A stretch of 64,000 nucleotides of DNA, from NCBI GenBank assembly GCA_910589185.1, contig CAJUSU010000001.1, positions 1,191-65,190 of the forward strand. Reading direction: 5' to 3'. Position numbers and translations under genes: made by a program. Position 1 is the first letter of the stretch; every line of letters starts with the position of its first letter. This DNA comes from an uncultured Clostridia bacterium. GTDB lineage: Bacteria; Bacillota; Clostridia; TANB77; CAG-508. Positions 44,179 through 53,953 of this stretch are shown piece after piece. Under the pieces are notes generated by a model. The model was given only the letters and a program-made list of their open reading frames with translations, was not told where the DNA came from and did no database searches.

Positions 44179-47100
44179 GTGGATGAATTAGAAATCTTTA
44201 ATAAAATTAAAATTGGCTTAGCATCTGATGAAAAAATCAGAGAATGGTCAAAAGGTGAAGTAAAAAAGCCAGAAACAATTAATTACAGAACTTTAAAACC
44301 AGAAAAAGATGGTTTGTTCTGTGAGAGAATTTTTGGTCCAACTAAAGACTGGGAGTGCCATTGTGGTAAATATAAAAGAGTAAGATATAAAGGAATTGTC
44401 TGTGACAGATGTGGTGTTGAAGTAACAAAATCAAAAGTTAGACGTGAAAGAATGGGACATATTGAACTTGCTGCACCAGTGGCACATATTTGGTACTTTA
44501 AAGGAATCCCAAGTAGAATTGGTTTAATGTTAGATATTACACCAAGAAACTTGGAAAAGGTAATTTACTTTGCATCCTATATCGTAACAGATAAAGGAAC
44601 AAGCGAATTATCTAAATATCAAGTATTATCTGAAAAAGAGTACCATGATGCAGAAGAAAAATATGGTAGAGGTTCTTTCAAAGCTGAAATGGGTGCAGAA
44701 GCCATTGAAAGGCTATTAAGAGAAGTTGATGTTGATAAATTAACAGAAAAATTAAAGAAAGAACTAGAAAAAGCAAGTGAGCAAAAGAAGGCAAAAATCG
44801 TTAAAAGATTAGATACCGTAGAAGCTTTCAAACTATCTGGAAATCGTCCTGAATGGATGATTATGAATGTGGTTCCAGTTATTCCACCAGACATTAGACC
44901 AATGGTACAATTAGATGGTGGTAGATTTGCAACATCAGACCTAAATGACTTATATCGTAGAGTAATCAACAGAAATAATCGTTTAAAAAGATTACTAGAA
45001 TTAGGTGCTCCAGAAATCATTGTACGTAATGAAAAAAGAATGTTACAAGAGGCAGTAGATGCTTTAATAGACAATGGTAGACGTGGTAGACCAGTAACAG
45101 GTGCTGGAGGAAGAGCGTTAAAATCTTTATCAGATATGCTTAAAGGTAAACAAGGTAGATTCCGTCAAAACCTACTTGGTAAACGTGTTGACTATTCAGG
45201 ACGTTCTGTTATCGTAGTAGGTCCAGAATTAAAATTATATCAATGTGGTGTGCCAAAAGAAATGGCAGTAGAATTATTTAAACCATTTGTTATGAAAGAA
45301 TTGGTAGGACGTGGTATTGCTCATAATATTAAAAATGCAAAAAGAATGGTAGAAAGATTACGTCCAGAAGTATGGGATATCTTAGAAGATGTTATCAAAG
45401 ACCACCCAGTACTTTTAAACCGTGCGCCAACACTACATAGACTTGGTATTCAAGCCTTTGAACCAGTATTAGTAGAAGGTAGAGCAATTAAGCTTCACCC
45501 ATTAGTATGTACAGCCTTCAATGCTGACTTCGACGGTGACCAAATGGCTATACATTTACCATTATCACCAGAAGCACAAGCAGAAGCAAGATATTTAATG
45601 TTATCAGTTAATAACTTGCTTAAACCACAAGATGGTAAACCAGTAACAGTACCAACTCAAGATATGATTTTAGGTGCTTACTACTTAACCATGGAAGTAC
45701 CGGGAGAAATCGGAGAAGGAAATTACTATTCTTCACCAGATGAAGCAATTATGGCATATTATAACCATGACTTAGGACTACATTGTAAAATTTGGGTAAA
45801 AGTGGAAAAAGAGATTGATGGAGAATTGGTAACTGGAAAAATTGAAACAACAGTTGGTAGAATTATTTACAACCAAGGTATTCCACAAAATCTTGGATTT
45901 GTTGATAGAACAAAGAAAGAAAATTTATTGAAACTAGAAATTGATTTCCCAGTTTCTAAAAAGACATTAGGAAAAATCATTGCAAAATCTATTAATGCCA
46001 ATGGATTAAGTGCAACAGCAGAATTACTTGACTACATCAAAGCAACTGGTTTCAAACATTCTACAACTGCAGGTATTACAGTATCTATTGATGATGTTAA
46101 AGTACCAGCAGCGAAAAAGCAGATTTTAGCAGATGCTGACGAACAAGTAAATAACGTATTAAAACAATATAAACGTGGTTTAATAACTAACGAGGAAAGA
46201 TACAATTCTGTTATCAAGATTTGGGAAAAAGCAACAGATGATGTTACAGAAGCCATGAAGAGTAATTTTGAAGAATTAAACCCAGTATATATGATGAGTC
46301 AATCAGGAGCCAGAGGTAATGTAAACCAATTAAGACAGATTTCAGGTATGCGTGGACTTATGGCAAGTACTACAGGTAAAACAGTTGAAATTCCTATTAC
46401 ATCATCATTCCGTGAAGGTCTAGATGCTCTAGAATACTTCATTTCTGCACACGGTGCTAGAAAAGGTTTAACAGATACAGCTTTAAGAACAGCTGACTCT
46501 GGATACTTAACTAGAAGATTAGTAGATGTATCACAAGACATTATCATTCGTGAAGATGACTGTGGAACCCATGAAGGTGTTGAATTAACAGACATTAAAG
46601 ATGGAAACCAGGTTATTGAAAAATTAGAAGAAAGATTAGTTGGTAGATTCCCATTAGAAACCATTATTGACCCAACAACAAAAGAAGTCATTGTTGATAC
46701 AGATACAATGATTACAGAAAGCATGGCAGAAAAGATTAGAGCCATTGGTATGGAGAAGGTTAAAGTACGTTCTGCATTAGGATGCCATACAAAACATGGT
46801 GTTTGCCGTAAATGTTATGGAATGGGATTGGCAACACGTGATTTAGTTAATATTGGTGAATCAGTTGGTATTATTGCTGCACAATCTATTGGTGAGCCTG
46901 GTACACAGCTTACTATGAGAACTATCCACTCTGGTGGTGTTGCAGGTGTAGCAGATATCACACAAGGTCTTCCAAGAGTTGAGGAGCTTTTCGAAGCTCG
47001 TAAACCAAAGGGATTAGCTGTTATTACAGAAATTGAAGGAACCGTCAAAATCTCTGAAGAAAAGAAGAAGAAGGAAGTTATTATTACCTCTAGTGACGAT

Positions 47101-47715
47101 TCTAAAACATATCCAATTCCATTTGGTGCAAAACTAAAAGTAAGAGAAGGAGACTGGGTTGAAGCAGGTGACCCTCTAACAGAAGGTTCTATTAACCCAA
47201 GTGACATTTTTGCTATCAAAGGTGCAGAAGGAGTATTTGAATATTTAGTACAAGAAGTTCAAAAGGTTTACCGTAATCAAGGTGTTGATATCAATGACAA
47301 ACATATTGAAGTAATTGGTAGACAAATGCTTAAGAAGGTAAGAGTAGAAGATAATGGAGATACTGAGCTACTCGCAGGTTCATTAGTAGATATTTATGAA
47401 TTTGAAGAAGCAAACGAAAAGGCAAAAGCAGAAGGAAAGAAAGTAGCAGAGGGAAAACGTCTACTATTAGGTATCACAAAAGCATCTCTTGCAACAGAGA
47501 GCTTCTTATCAGCAGCTTCTTTCCAAGAAACAACAAGAGTATTAACAGAAGCAGCTGTTAAAGGTAAAGTTGACGAATTAATTGGACTAAAAGAAAATGT
47601 TATTATTGGTAAGTTAATTCCAGCAGGAACAGGACTTCCAGTATACAAAAATACACGTATTAACACAGAGGAAAATGAGGAAGAACCAGAAACAGCAAGC
47701 AATATGAATATGTAA
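44179..47715 (+). CDS. rpoC: DNA-directed RNA polymerase subunit beta'
   Basis: GTG start with an AGGGGG RBS. The zinc-binding CHCGKY..C..CGVEV motif, the NADFDGDQM catalytic motif and full-length RpoC similarity are present. Confidence 0.95.
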   Translation: MDELEIFNKIKIGLASDEKIREWSKGEVKKPETINYRTLKPEKDGLFCERIFGPTKDWECHCGKYKRVRYKGIVCDRCGVEVTKSKVRRERMGHIELAAPVAHIWYFKGIPSRIGLMLDITPRNLEKVIYFASYIVTDKGTSELSKYQVLSEKEYHDAEEKYGRGSFKAEMGAEAIERLLREVDVDKLTEKLKKELEKASEQKKAKIVKRLDTVEAFKLSGNRPEWMIMNVVPVIPPDIRPMVQLDGGRFATSDLNDLYRRVINRNNRLKRLLELGAPEIIVRNEKRMLQEAVDALIDNGRRGRPVTGAGGRALKSLSDMLKGKQGRFRQNLLGKRVDYSGRSVIVVGPELKLYQCGVPKEMAVELFKPFVMKELVGRGIAHNIKNAKRMVERLRPEVWDILEDVIKDHPVLLNRAPTLHRLGIQAFEPVLVEGRAIKLHPLVCTAFNADFDGDQMAIHLPLSPEAQAEARYLMLSVNNLLKPQDGKPVTVPTQDMILGAYYLTMEVPGEIGEGNYYSSPDEAIMAYYNHDLGLHCKIWVKVEKEIDGELVTGKIETTVGRIIYNQGIPQNLGFVDRTKKENLLKLEIDFPVSKKTLGKIIAKSINANGLSATAELLDYIKATGFKHSTTAGITVSIDDVKVPAAKKQILADADEQVNNVLKQYKRGLITNEERYNSVIKIWEKATDDVTEAMKSNFEELNPVYMMSQSGARGNVNQLRQISGMRGLMASTTGKTVEIPITSSFREGLDALEYFISAHGARKGLTDTALRTADSGYLTRRLVDVSQDIIIREDDCGTHEGVELTDIKDGNQVIEKLEERLVGRFPLETIIDPTTKEVIVDTDTMITESMAEKIRAIGMEKVKVRSALGCHTKHGVCRKCYGMGLATRDLVNIGESVGIIAAQSIGEPGTQLTMRTIHSGGVAGVADITQGLPRVEELFEARKPKGLAVITEIEGTVKISEEKKKKEVIITSSDDSKTYPIPFGAKLKVREGDWVEAGDPLTEGSINPSDIFAIKGAEGVFEYLVQEVQKVYRNQGVDINDKHIEVIGRQMLKKVRVEDNGDTELLAGSLVDIYEFEEANEKAKAEGKKVAEGKRLLLGITKASLATESFLSAASFQETTRVLTEAAVKGKVDELIGLKENVIIGKLIPAGTGLPVYKNTRINTEENEEEPETASNMNM

Positions 47716-47734
47716 GAAATTAAATATAAAAGGG

Positions 47735-47758
47735 GGCTCTGCATAGCAGGGCCTTTTT
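47735..47758 (+). terminator. Terminator after rpoC
   Basis: GGCTCTGC-ata-GCAGGGCC (one G-U pair) followed by T5. Confidence 0.6.
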
Positions 47759-47761
47759 ACG

Positions 47762-47790
47762 TTGACAAAATGCTAGAAACATAGTATAAT
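47762..47790 (+). promoter_or_regulatory. Consensus sigma-A promoter for gdpP
   Basis: TTGACA, a 17-nt spacer, then TATAAT. Confidence 0.65.
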
Positions 47791-47814
47791 AAAAGAGATA
47801 AAAAGGAGATTTTT

Positions 47815-49812
47815 ATGCCAAATAATACAAAACAAATATTTAAAGGATTAATAGCAAGAACCAAAATATATTTAATTGTAATAGCAGTTTTGTTAATTTT
47901 AATTAGTATTTTAAATGTAAGGTATCTAATACCTGCTATTTTTGTGTATATAGCAGTATTAGTGTATACTTATTGGAGTAATCAAAAACGTGAAAGTGAA
48001 TTATCAGAGCACCTTCAAGATTTAACATTTCATGTAGATAAAGCAGCTAAAAATGCAATGATTAATTCGCCATTTCCCCTTGTTATTGTAGAAACAGATG
48101 GAAATGTAGTATGGAAAAGTAATAAATTTAGCCGAGAATTTGCTAATATTGATATCAAGAATATTTTAAATGATTTAGTAAAGCAAATAAAACTAGAGAT
48201 AGAAAATAACCCCGAAAATCCAGAAAGAGATATTCAAAAAGAAATAGAAATCGGAGAAAAAATTTATCAGATTTTTGGTAAATATACTAAAACAAAAGAA
48301 AAATATATGTTAACTTTATATTTTTTAGAAAATACGGAACATATAGAATTAGAACAAAATTACCAAGATTCCCAAATTTGTGTGGGAGTTATTATGGTAG
48401 ATAATTTTGAAGAAGTGAATCAAAGAATAGAAGATGAAGATAAGCCTGTTTTAATGGCAAAGATAGAAAAAAATATTTATGACTGGGCAGCTACTTTTGA
48501 AGGATTAGTTATCAAATCAGAGAGAGATACTTTTGTCTGTATTTTTGAGCAAAGGCATTTAGTAGAACTAGAAGAAGGAAAATTTAAAATATTAGATACG
48601 ATTAAAGAATTAGAATTATCAGATAAAATTCAAATTACTTTAAGTATAGCTGTTTCAAATGAAGGGGAATCCAACTACGAAAAATATAAATCAGCACAAG
48701 CAGGACTAGATATTGCATTAGGAAGAGGTGGAGACCAAGCAGTTGTTAGAAGAGAAGGAAAGTATACTTTCTTTGGAGGAAGATCACAAGAGGTAGAAAA
48801 ATTAACAAAAGTCAAAGCAAGAATCGTATCTCATGCTTTGGAAGAATTAATTAGCGAAGCAGATAAAATTATGGTTATGGGACATACCAATGGAGATATG
48901 GATTCTATGGGTGCAAGCATGGGAATTTATCGCTTAGCAAAAGCATTAGAAAAAGAAGCTTATGTGGTTTATAATGAGACAGGAGTTAATTTACAAAGTT
49001 TTGTAGATACTGCGAAAGAAGAACCAGAGTATGTAGAAGCTATTATTAATAAGTCAGAGGCAATTTCAAAGATTACACCAGAGACTTTGCTTGTGGTAGT
49101 AGATACTCATAAAACAAATTATGTAGAAGTACCAGAACTTTTAGAAGAAACACATAAAATAGTCATTATTGATCACCATAGAAAAAGTGTAGATTATATT
49201 GAAAATGCTATTTTAACCTTCCATGAAGTATATGCATCTTCAGCATCAGAATTAGTAACAGAGATTTTGGAATATGCAACAAAAGAAGTAGAATTAACTA
49301 CAATTGAAGCTGAAAGCTTATATGCAGGAATCATGATGGATACGAAAAACTTTACTTTTAAAACAGGTGTCAGAACTTTTGAAGCAGCAGCGTATTTAAG
49401 AAAATGTGGAGTAGATATTATTAAAGTAAAAAAATGGTTCCAAAGTGATTTGAAAACATATAATAAAATTTCTAAAATTGTAGAAAAGGCAGAAATGATT
49501 GAAGAAAATATTGCCATTTCTACTTATGACGAAACAGATAAAGACGCCAACTTAATTTGTGCTAAGGCAGCAGATGAACTATTAACAATTAGCGATATTA
49601 CAGCATCTTTTGTTATGGGACAGGTAGGAGATAAAATCTGTATTAGTGGACGTTCTATTGGAGATATTAATGTTCAGGTTATCCTAGAAAAACTAGGTGG
49701 TGGTGGACACATTACCTTAGCAGGAGCGCAAGTAGAAGGAATGACAATGGAAGAAGTAAAACAAGAATTAATTATCCGTATTAATGAATATTTTAGTGAA
49801 ATTTCAAGCTAG
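47815..49812 (+). CDS. gdpP: GdpP/YybT-type c-di-AMP phosphodiesterase (2 TM + PAS-like + degenerate GGDEF + DHH/DHHA1)
   Basis: Two N-terminal TM helices. DHH-family motifs are present: GHTNGDMDSMGA, VVDTH and IIDHHR. The DHHA1 motif GGGGH is present. The position upstream of rplI-dnaB is the conserved one. Confidence 0.85.
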   Translation: MPNNTKQIFKGLIARTKIYLIVIAVLLILISILNVRYLIPAIFVYIAVLVYTYWSNQKRESELSEHLQDLTFHVDKAAKNAMINSPFPLVIVETDGNVVWKSNKFSREFANIDIKNILNDLVKQIKLEIENNPENPERDIQKEIEIGEKIYQIFGKYTKTKEKYMLTLYFLENTEHIELEQNYQDSQICVGVIMVDNFEEVNQRIEDEDKPVLMAKIEKNIYDWAATFEGLVIKSERDTFVCIFEQRHLVELEEGKFKILDTIKELELSDKIQITLSIAVSNEGESNYEKYKSAQAGLDIALGRGGDQAVVRREGKYTFFGGRSQEVEKLTKVKARIVSHALEELISEADKIMVMGHTNGDMDSMGASMGIYRLAKALEKEAYVVYNETGVNLQSFVDTAKEEPEYVEAIINKSEAISKITPETLLVVVDTHKTNYVEVPELLEETHKIVIIDHHRKSVDYIENAILTFHEVYASSASELVTEILEYATKEVELTTIEAESLYAGIMMDTKNFTFKTGVRTFEAAAYLRKCGVDIIKVKKWFQSDLKTYNKISKIVEKAEMIEENIAISTYDETDKDANLICAKAADELLTISDITASFVMGQVGDKICISGRSIGDINVQVILEKLGGGGHITLAGAQVEGMTMEEVKQELIIRINEYFSEISS

Positions 49813-49873
49813 AAAAAAATTTTGAAAAGGAGGAAGTAGAGCTACTTCATAAAAGTATCTCTATGAGAAACGA

Positions 49874-50647
49874 ATGATTCAAATTCTTTATACAAATGAT
49901 TCTTCATATAATGAAAGAATTGCTAGTGCGAGAGAATTTGCTACACAACCAGACTTTTATGATATTCCAAAACGAAAACAAAAAAGAGTGGTAAATAGCA
50001 GTGGAATGATAATAACAAGTTTATTACTAGTAATAGCAGTTTGTACAGTTGTATTAATGGGACTTGGTTCATTAAATATGAAATCAGAAGCTATGTCTCA
50101 AGATGGAAATGTAATAGGTCAATTACCGAATTTCGAACTAAGTATGAAACAGTCGATACAACAAACTGCAACAGCAATGGATAATAATATATTAAAAGAA
50201 GCTAAAGTAGCAGAAAAGAAGCTTGTAGTAAAAAAAACCATTGCATCTGATGGAAAAGCTTATGATGCGGTAGCTTATTTATCTATTCCAAGTTTAGGAA
50301 TTAAGTATCCAGTGTTAGCTAAAACTTCAGATGCTCTCTTAAAAGTATCGTTAAACAAATATTGGGGTGCTAATCCAAACCAAGTGGGAAATATGTGCAT
50401 TGTAGGACATAACTATAATGATAGCAGATTTTTTGGAAAATTAAATCAAATTAAAAATGGAGAAGAAATTATTATCACAGAAATGGATGGCGAGTCAGTA
50501 AGCTATTATGTTTATGAAACAGATATGATAGATCCATATGATACAGCATGTACTAGCCAAAAGACAAATGGAAGAAAAGAAATAACTTTGATTACTTGTA
50601 ATGTAGATGGTTCTCAAAGATTTATTGCAAAAGCAAGGGCAAATTAA
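49874..50647 (+). CDS. Sortase-family transpeptidase (class not resolved)
   Basis: An N-terminal TM anchor is present. The catalytic His is in IVGHN, the catalytic Cys in TLITC, and a conserved Arg lies near the C-terminus (QRFIAKAR). The start codon is uncertain because the RBS is weak. Confidence 0.8.
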   Translation: MIQILYTNDSSYNERIASAREFATQPDFYDIPKRKQKRVVNSSGMIITSLLLVIAVCTVVLMGLGSLNMKSEAMSQDGNVIGQLPNFELSMKQSIQQTATAMDNNILKEAKVAEKKLVVKKTIASDGKAYDAVAYLSIPSLGIKYPVLAKTSDALLKVSLNKYWGANPNQVGNMCIVGHNYNDSRFFGKLNQIKNGEEIIITEMDGESVSYYVYETDMIDPYDTACTSQKTNGRKEITLITCNVDGSQRFIAKARAN

Positions 50648-50678
50648 TGTCCGATTAGGGACGTTAGTTTATCGGACA
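50648..50678 (+). repeat. Palindromic intergenic element, copy C (short form, 31 nt). It begins at the first nt after the sortase TAA.
   Basis: TGTCCGAT-TA-GGGACGTTAGTTT-ATCGGACA. The stem differs from copy A at two positions, and both changes are compensated on the opposite arm. Confidence 0.8.
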
Positions 50679-50686
50679 AAATAGAG

Positions 50687-50721
50687 AAAAAAGTTGTACA
50701 CAAAAATGTACAACTTTTTTT
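50687..50721. terminator. Rho-independent terminator after the sortase gene
   Basis: AAAAAAGTTGTACA-caaaaa-TGTACAACTTTTTT. Confidence 0.8.
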
Positions 50722-50769
50722 CTTGGTTTCATATGTAATTTTAAATTGCTATATATAAAGCAAAAACAC

Positions 50770-50798
50770 TTGAAAAAAAGCCAATTTTAGGGTATGAT
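50770..50798 (+). promoter_or_regulatory. Sigma-A promoter for rplI-dnaB
   Basis: TTGAAA, a 17-nt spacer, then TATGAT. Confidence 0.55.
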
Positions 50799-50833
50799 AT
50801 GTACAGCGAAAAAGAGAAGGAGGCTTAATTTTT

Positions 50834-51277
50834 ATGAAAGTGATTTTATTAGAGAATATAAAAGGGGTAGGAAAGAAAGATGAGGTAATTAACGCAAGTG
50901 ATGGATATGCAAGAAATTTCTTATTCCCTAAAAAATTGGCGGTAGAAGCAAATGCAGAGAATATGAGCAAGCTAAAAGGAAAAAATGACTCCACGGCATA
51001 TAAAAAGTCAGTAGAAAAAGAAGAAGCTCAAAAGATAGCAGAAAAACTAAAAAATATTACATTAAAAATAACTGTTAAAGCAGGAGAAAATGGAAAGATA
51101 TTTGGTTCCATTACTTCAAAAGAAATAGCAGATAATTTGAAAGAACAATACAAAATTGAAATAGATAAGAAAAAGATTGATTTAAAAGAGCCAATTAAAA
51201 CTACAGGTAATTTTTCAGTCAATATTAAATTATATGAAGGTGTTGTTGGAACTTTAAAAATTCAGATTACAGAATAG
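50834..51277 (+). CDS. rplI: 50S ribosomal protein L9
   Basis: MKVILLENIKGVGKKDEVINASDGYARNFLFPKKLA is the canonical L9 N-terminus. The RBS is AAGGAGG. Confidence 0.95.
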   Translation: MKVILLENIKGVGKKDEVINASDGYARNFLFPKKLAVEANAENMSKLKGKNDSTAYKKSVEKEEAQKIAEKLKNITLKITVKAGENGKIFGSITSKEIADNLKEQYKIEIDKKKIDLKEPIKTTGNFSVNIKLYEGVVGTLKIQITE

Positions 51278-51301
51278 TTTTGAAATTAAAGGAGCAAATA
51301 A

Positions 51302-52634
51302 ATGGAACTAGGAAAAATCCCACCACATGATATAGAAGCAGAGCAAGCTGTTATTCGGTAGTATGTTAACCGATAAAGATGCAATTTCATCAGCATTGGA
51401 GGTTTTGAAACCAGAAGATTTTTATTGTGAGGATAATAAACTAATATTTGAGGCAGTTTTGAATTTATATAATCGTGCGCAGCCAGTAGATATTATTACT
51501 TTAAAAACAGAATTACAATCAATGAAACAATTAGAAGCTGTAGGTGGATTAGAATATATTGCAGAGCTTCCAGATAAAGTGCCAACTACTGCCAATGTAG
51601 AGCAATATATTAAAATAGTGGAAGAGAAATCAGCTTTAAGGGCTTTAATTAAAACTGCAAATGATTTAATTAATTTAGGATATGATCAAACACAGGAAGT
51701 AGAAGATATTTTGGATACTGCCGAAAAGAGAATTTTTGATGTTATTCAAAATAGAAATCAAAAAGGATATTCTGCGATTAAAGATATTTTGGTAGATTCT
51801 TTTACAGAATTAGAACAATTATATAATCAAAAGCAGCATATTACAGGTACACCGACAGGCTTTGCGGATTTAGATTATATTACTGCAGGACTACATCCTT
51901 CTGATTTAGTAATTGTTGCTGCAAGACCTGCTATGGGAAAATCTGCTTTTGCATTAAATATTGCTACAAATGCAGCAGTAAGAGCAAATACAGGCGTTGC
52001 TATTTTTAGCTTAGAGATGTCAAAGGAGCAAATGACAAATCGTATTTTATGTAGTGAAGCAATGGTAGATAGTAATAAAGTAAGAACTGGAAAAATAGAA
52101 GATGATGATTGGACAAAATTAGCAGAGGCATCAGGGGCTCTATCGCAAGCACAAATTTTTATTGACGATACACCAGGTATTTCTGTTATGGAAATTCGTG
52201 CAAAATGTAGAAAGCTAAAATTAGAAAAAAATATAGGTTTGGTAGTAATTGACTATATTCAATTGGTTCAGGGAAGTAATAAAAAGAATTCTAGCCGTGA
52301 ACAAGAGATTTCTGAGATTAGCCGTTCCTTAAAAATTTTAGCAAAAGAAATTGGCGTACCAGTTATTGCACTTTCACAATTATCAAGGTCAGTAGAACAA
52401 AGACCAGACCATAGACCAATGCTTTCAGACTTACGTGAGTCAGGAGCAATTGAACAAGATGCTGATATTGTTATGTTTTTATATCGTGATGATTATTATA
52501 ACGAAGATTCAGAAAAGAAGAACATTGCAGAAGTAATTTTAGCAAAGCACAGAGCAGGTAGTACAGGTACAGTAGAACTTGCATGGCTTGGAAGTTATAC
52601 TAAATTTGCTAATTTAGATAAGTATAGAGAATAG
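51302..52634 (+). CDS. dnaB: Replicative DNA helicase DnaB, interrupted by an apparent 1-nt insertion near nt 51354-51356
   Basis: ATG 51302 has RBS AAAGGAG and encodes MELGKIPPHDIEAEQAVIR*, ending at TAG 51359-51361. The +1 frame continues (F)GSMLTDKDAIS... through the Walker A motif ARPAMGKSAF to 52634. Deleting one base in gttattCggt restores the canonical ...AEQAVIGSMLTDKDAI.... The ORF-track entry 51363..52634 is the downstream piece. Confidence 0.85.
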
Positions 52635-52665
52635 TGTCAGTTTGGGGACGTTAGTTTAACTGACA
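52635..52665 (+). repeat. Palindromic intergenic element, copy D (short form, identical to the first 31 nt of copy A). It begins at the first nt after the dnaB TAG.
   Basis: TGTCAGTTTGGGGACGTTAGTTTAACTGACA. Confidence 0.85.
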
Positions 52666-52686
52666 TTTTAGTAAAAATTGGAAAAG

Positions 52687-52735
52687 TGTCAGTCGAGGGA
52701 CAGATGTCAGTTAAACTAACGTCCCCAAACTGACA
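52687..52735 (-). repeat. Palindromic intergenic element, copy E (full-length, inverted orientation)
   Basis: The reverse complement reads TGTCAGTTTGGGGACGTTAGTTTAACTGACATCTGTCCCTCGACTGACA, which is 46/49 identical to copy A. Confidence 0.85.
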
Positions 52736-52751
52736 CATGGGAAAATAAAAA

Positions 52752-53795
52752 ATGAGAGATAGAGATGACTTACAACGAAGGGTTTTAGCAACCATTCAAA
52801 ATTATAATTTAATACAAAAAGGAGACAAAATAGTAATTGGTGTATCTGGAGGTCCTGATTCCATGTGCTTGCTCAATTGCTTATTTTGCTTGCAAAAGAT
52901 TTTAGGAGTAGAATTAGTAGTAGCACATATTAATCACATGCTAAGAGAAGAAGCAGAAGAAGAAACAAAATATGTGCAAGAATTTTGTGATAAGATAGAT
53001 ATACCATGTTTTGTAAAATATGCAGATATTGCAAAATTGTCGCAAGAGCAAAAGCTAGGGACAGAAGAAATGGGAAGAAAGATGCGCTATGAGTTTTTTG
53101 AAGAGGTAGCTAAACAGGCGGAAGCAAATAAAATTGCAACAGCACACAATAGCAATGATAATGCAGAAACAGTATTGATGAATTTGCTACGTGGAAGCGG
53201 TATTTCAGGATTAAAAGGAATTGAAATAAAGGTTGATAGAAATTGGAAACAAGAAGATGGAACAGCAATAAAAGAGAAAAGTATAGAGTACATTAGGCCA
53301 ATATTAGAATGTGATAGAGCAGAAATAGAAGCATATTGTGCAGAAAAAGGTTTAAATCCAAAAATTGATAGAACAAACCTAGAAAATGATTATACTAGAA
53401 ATAAAATCAGAAATCAGCTTATTCCTTATTTACAAAAGGATTTTAATCCCAATGTTATACAAAGTTTAAATCGTTTGTCAGAATTAGCTGGAGAAGAAGA
53501 AGAATATTTCAAGGAAATTATATTACAAACGTATGAAACTTTGAAAATAGGGGAAAATGAAAAAGAAACTATTTTAGATTTGAAAAAGTTTAATCATTTA
53601 CCAAAGGTAATAAAAGCAAGGGTTCTTTTATATACTATTAACAAGGTAATTGGTACAACACAAGGAATTGGAAAAGTTCATATAGAAGATTGTATCAAAC
53701 TATGTGCAAATAATATTGGAAATAAGTATTTAACGCCAAATAAAAATGTTAAAATTTTTGTAAAACAAGGTAATATTTTTGTCAAGAAAATGTAA
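52752..53795 (+). CDS. tilS: tRNA(Ile)-lysidine synthetase (short form, 347 aa)
   Basis: The PP-loop motif VSGGPDS is present, together with AHINHMLR and ATAHNSNDNAETVLMNLLRGSG. Its position upstream of ftsH is the conserved one. Confidence 0.85.
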   Translation: MRDRDDLQRRVLATIQNYNLIQKGDKIVIGVSGGPDSMCLLNCLFCLQKILGVELVVAHINHMLREEAEEETKYVQEFCDKIDIPCFVKYADIAKLSQEQKLGTEEMGRKMRYEFFEEVAKQAEANKIATAHNSNDNAETVLMNLLRGSGISGLKGIEIKVDRNWKQEDGTAIKEKSIEYIRPILECDRAEIEAYCAEKGLNPKIDRTNLENDYTRNKIRNQLIPYLQKDFNPNVIQSLNRLSELAGEEEEYFKEIILQTYETLKIGENEKETILDLKKFNHLPKVIKARVLLYTINKVIGTTQGIGKVHIEDCIKLCANNIGNKYLTPNKNVKIFVKQGNIFVKKM

Positions 53796-53884
53796 AATTT
53801 CTGTTTATAAAGAGATAAATAAACCTTCCGTAGGCAAAACCTTGCTACGTCTAGTTTTGCTAATTGAAAGTTTTGTGAAAATGC

Positions 53885-53913
53885 TTGCATTTCATTTGGG
53901 AGTATGTTATAGT
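53885..53913 (+). promoter_or_regulatory. Sigma-A promoter for ftsH
   Basis: TTGCAT, a 17-nt spacer, then TATAGT. Confidence 0.5.
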
Positions 53914-53953
53914 CTCGAATAGAATAATGGATACCTAGATAGGAGGAAATATT

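Noticed and set aside
42634-47744. Antisense ORFs within rpoB and rpoC (42634..42984, 43729..44076, 44619..45074, 46299..46745, 46815..47219, 47394..47744)
   Set aside because: They sit opposite highly conserved essential genes, give S/L-rich low-complexity translations, and have no signals.
52752-53795. TilS being truncated or a pseudogene, since it is 347 aa versus ~460 aa in many Firmicutes, with hprT missing between tilS and ftsH
   Set aside because: The ORF ends cleanly and no continuing frame with TilS C-domain-like sequence lies downstream. Short TilS forms exist in other bacteria. Without a database comparison there is no positive evidence of truncation.
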